Shown here piece by piece: positions 61,993 to 64,000 of a DNA stretch of 64,000 bases. Both the position numbers and the translations under genes were made by a program. Below the pieces are notes generated by a model that was given only the letters and a program-made list of their open reading frames with translations, ran no database searches and was not told the DNA's origin. Location: assembly GCF_039654945.1 (NCBI RefSeq), contig NW_027361684.1, positions 56,854,001 through 56,918,000 on the forward strand, read 5' to 3'. This DNA comes from Dendrobates tinctorius (lineage: Eukaryota). Every line of letters starts with the position of its first letter. The first letter of the stretch is position 1.

Positions 61993-62100
61993 TATGTTTT
62001 ATTGCTCTCAATGCATTACATGTGTAATGAATAAAGACTTGCAACTGGAAGTTGACATTCAGTGATATCTGGGATGTGTTCCCTTTATTTTTTTTGAGCA

Positions 62101-62186
<86 letters not shown>

Positions 62187-62187
<1 letters not shown>

Positions 62188-62432
62188 ATCATAGAAATCA
62201 TAGAGTCGTAGAGTTGGAAGCAGGATTCACTAAATCATCCCAGACAGAGGTCTGTCCAGCCTCTGTTTGAAGACTTCTATTGAAGGAGAACTCACCACCT
62301 CTGGTGGCAGCCTGTTCCACTCATTGATGACTCTGTCAAAAAGTTTTTTCTAATATCTAATCTGTCTCGTCCCATTCAGTTTCATCCCATTGCTTCTAGT
62401 TTTTCCTTGTGCAAACGAGAATAAAGATGACC
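62187..62432 (-). mobile_element. CR1 3' fragment, same family as 7663-7953
   Basis: Reverse-complement homology including a degenerate ATTCTATG tail, with an internal deletion near the 3' stem. Confidence 0.85.
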
Positions 62433-62482
62433 CTTATACAATGTGATATATATACACACATTATATATATATCTCACACACA

Positions 62483-62532
<50 letters not shown>

Positions 62533-62633
62533 AAAAAAAGATAGAGGCAGCACACCATATGGAATTTAGAGAAAAGTGCTTTTTAATAGCCCATGTGGTG
62601 ACGTTTCGGTCTCAAGTGCAGACCTTTCTCAAG

Positions 62634-63512
62634 CAGACCTCCAAAGAAATGCCACCCCACACCATTACTGACCCACTGCCAAACTGGTCATGCTGAAGGA
62701 TGTTGCAGGCAGATCGCTCGCCACGGCGTCTCCATACTCTGTCACGTCTGTCACATGCACTCAGTGCTTTCATCTGTGAAGAGCACAGGGAGCCAGTGGC
62801 ATATTTGCCAATCCTGGTGTTCTGTAGCAAATGCCAAGCGTCCTGCACGGTGTTGGGCTGTGAGCAAATCTCCATCTGTGGACATCGGGCACTCAGACCA
62901 TCCTCATGGAGTCGTTTTCTAACCGTTTGTGCAGACACATGCACATTTGTGGCCTGCTGGAGGTCATTTTGCAGGGCTCTGGCAGTGCTCCTCCTGTTCC
63001 TCCTTGCACAAAGGCTGAGGTAGCAAACCTGCTGCTGGGTTGTTGCCCTCCTACGGCCCCCTCCACACCTCCTGGTGTACTAGCCTGTCTCCTGGTAGCG
63101 CCTCCAGCCTCTGGACACTACGCTGACACAGCAAACCTTCTTGCCACAGCTGGCATTGATGTGCCGTCCTGGATGAGCTGCACTACCTGAGCCACTTGTG
63201 TGGGTTGTAGAATCCATCTCATGCTACCATGAGTGTGAAAGCACAACCAACATTCAAAAGTGACCAAAACATCAGCCAGAAAGTATTGTTACTTGCATGT
63301 GGTCTGTGGTCCCCACCTGCAGAACCACTGCTTTATTGAGGGTGTCTTGATAATTGCCAAAAATTTCCATCTGTTGTCTATTCCATTTGCACAACGGCAT
63401 GTGAAATTGATTGTCAATCAGTGTTGCTTCCTAAGACAGTTTGATTTCACAGACTTTTGATTTACTTGGAATTATATTCTGTTGATTAAGTGTTCCCTTT
63501 ATTTTTTGAGCA

Positions 63513-63515
<3 letters not shown>
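62634..63515 (-). mobile_element. Truncated, decayed Tc1-family element
   Basis: Terminal CTGCTCAAAAAATAAAGGGAACAC on the minus strand. Transposase remnants [12 protein letters not shown] and [13 protein letters not shown]. Confidence 0.8.
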
Positions 63516-63571
<56 letters not shown>

Positions 63572-63593
63572 TACATATACACACACAGACACA

Positions 63594-64000
63594 CAGTTGT
63601 GCTCAAGAGTTAACATACCACGGCAGAATTTTTGCTTTCTTGGCCATTTTTCAGAGAATATGAATGATAACACTAAAACTTTTTCTCCACGCATGGTTAG
63701 TGGTTGGATGAAGCCATTTATTGTCAAACTACTGTGTTTTCTCTTTTTAAATCATAATGACATCCCAAAACATCCAAATGACCCTGATCACAGACTCTTG
63801 CATCTTTCATCCAGCCACTGACATTTCTGGATTGTGAGCCATGGCAAATGCAAAAGAATTTTCAATGGATCTATGGGAAAAGGTAGTTGAACTGTATAAA
63901 ACAGGAAAGGGATACAAAATGATACCCAAGGAATTGACAATGCCAGTCAGCAGCGTTCAAACTGTGATTAACAAATGGAAAATCAGGGGCTCTGTAAAAA
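63594..64000 (+). mobile_element. 5' end of another Tc1-family element, running off the window
   Basis: CAGTTGTGCTCAA start; ATG at 63841 reads MANAKEFSMDLWEKVVELYKTGKGYK, a Tc1 HTH N-terminus. Confidence 0.8.

Overview
Eukaryotic, transposon-dense, mostly non-genic DNA. The repertoire of TTAA/T2-type, Harbinger-type and hAT MITEs suggests an anuran (frog) genome, which is my inference. No host protein-coding gene could be identified with confidence. The dominant feature is a 15.1-kb hAT DNA transposon (2732-17847) with a perfect 8-bp TSD (CTGATGCC), short TIRs and a near-intact BED-finger/DDE transposase. It carries about 10 kb of organised 3' cargo: two in-phase 180-bp tandem arrays (A about 10.7 units, B about 24 units), two about 400-bp fold-backs bracketing them that are built from diverged array units, and a 265-bp array. 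All three arrays share a 27-nt stem-loop (10-bp stem, 7-nt A-N-N-G-Y-C-A loop, roughly 90 copies). Its base pairs co-vary and show G-U wobbles on the transposase sense strand, making this the best candidate for an undescribed system. The rest of the window holds a decayed full-length Ty3/Gypsy element (tRNA-Ser PBS, GCTA TSD), five Tc1-family copies or fragments, CR1, L1-type and L2-type 3' fragments, many nested palindromic MITEs, and small repeats carrying hammerhead-ribozyme-like motifs.
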